NCBI GenBank assembly: GCA_964486425.1
Contig: CAZANF010000003.1
Location: 7,121 to 31,120, forward strand
Direction of reading: 5' to 3'
Length of the DNA stretch: 24,000 nt
DNA from: an uncultured Spirochaeta sp.
GTDB lineage: Bacteria > Spirochaetota > Spirochaetia > DSM-27196 > DSM-8902
This document shows positions 23,744 to 24,000 of this stretch, one piece after another. The translations under genes were made by a program, and so were the position numbers. The notes beneath the pieces are model-generated. The model did not search any database, was not told the origin of the DNA, and saw only the letters and a program-made list of their open reading frames with translations. How positions within the stretch are numbered: position 1 is the first letter of the stretch; the number at the start of each line of letters is the position of its first letter.

Positions 23744-24000
23744 GTACTAATACTCTCAAAAACAATGGATCAGGCACCTTGAAGACTCAGGATCCAGGCC
23801 GGAAGCACGACGCTACGGATCTTGGTATCTTTGAAAGCCTGGAATCAGAGGTACGCAGTTACATTCGCAATTTCCCGATTCTTTTCACCAAAGCCAAGGG
23901 GCATCTTATGTGGGATGCCGACGGGAAGGAGTATGTCGATTTTTTCTCAGGTGCCGGAGCACTCAACTACGGGCACAACAACCCGGATCTGCAGAAAAAG
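23740..24000 (+). CDS. ectB: diaminobutyrate--2-oxoglutarate transaminase, 3'-truncated at the window edge
   Basis: My own translation from ATG 23740 gives [12 protein letters not shown]...[52 protein letters not shown], a classic EctB N-terminus. It has an ATGA overlap with ectA. Confidence 0.88.
   Translation, partial: MSTNTLKNNGSGTLKTQDPGRKHDATDLGIFESLESEVRSYIRNFPILFTKAKGHLMWDADGKEYVDFFSGAGALNYGHNNPDLQKK

Overview
This is a 24-kb bacterial chromosomal segment of roughly 50% GC. I can support 23 protein-coding genes. I see no rRNA, tRNA or CRISPR array. Most of the content is ordinary cofactor and central metabolism. Reading left to right: a 5'-truncated M23 peptidase; a minus-strand rok-ppx-ppk polyphosphate operon; a NadR-like NMN adenylyltransferase; an nfeD gene followed by two tandem SPFH/band-7 paralogs; an AT-rich REP-associated tyrosine transposase (RayT-like); nfnA-nfnB (sulfide dehydrogenase/GltD-like); an orphan REC plus HATPase hybrid sensor; a long minus-strand run of panB-panC-coaX-panD and nadC-nadA-nadB; an M15 peptidase; a 529-aa uncharacterised membrane protein; and the start of an ectoine cluster (ectA, partial ectB). 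The ectoine genes and NfnAB suggest a halotolerant, probably anaerobic organism, but I cannot assign a taxon. The main unexplained signal is not a gene. The 10-mer GGGACGGAGG (extended consensus GGGGACGGAGGT) occurs 21 times exactly, against about 0.05 expected by chance. 18 of the 21 copies are in one orientation. Copies sit inside unrelated genes in several reading frames and on both coding senses. Inverted copies form hairpins at two gene ends, one of them immediately upstream of the RayT gene. This resembles DNA-uptake-sequence, Chi/KOPS-like or REP-like genome punctuation. I could not match it to a known element from memory. All functional calls rest on motif recognition by eye in the supplied translations. 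No database search was run.
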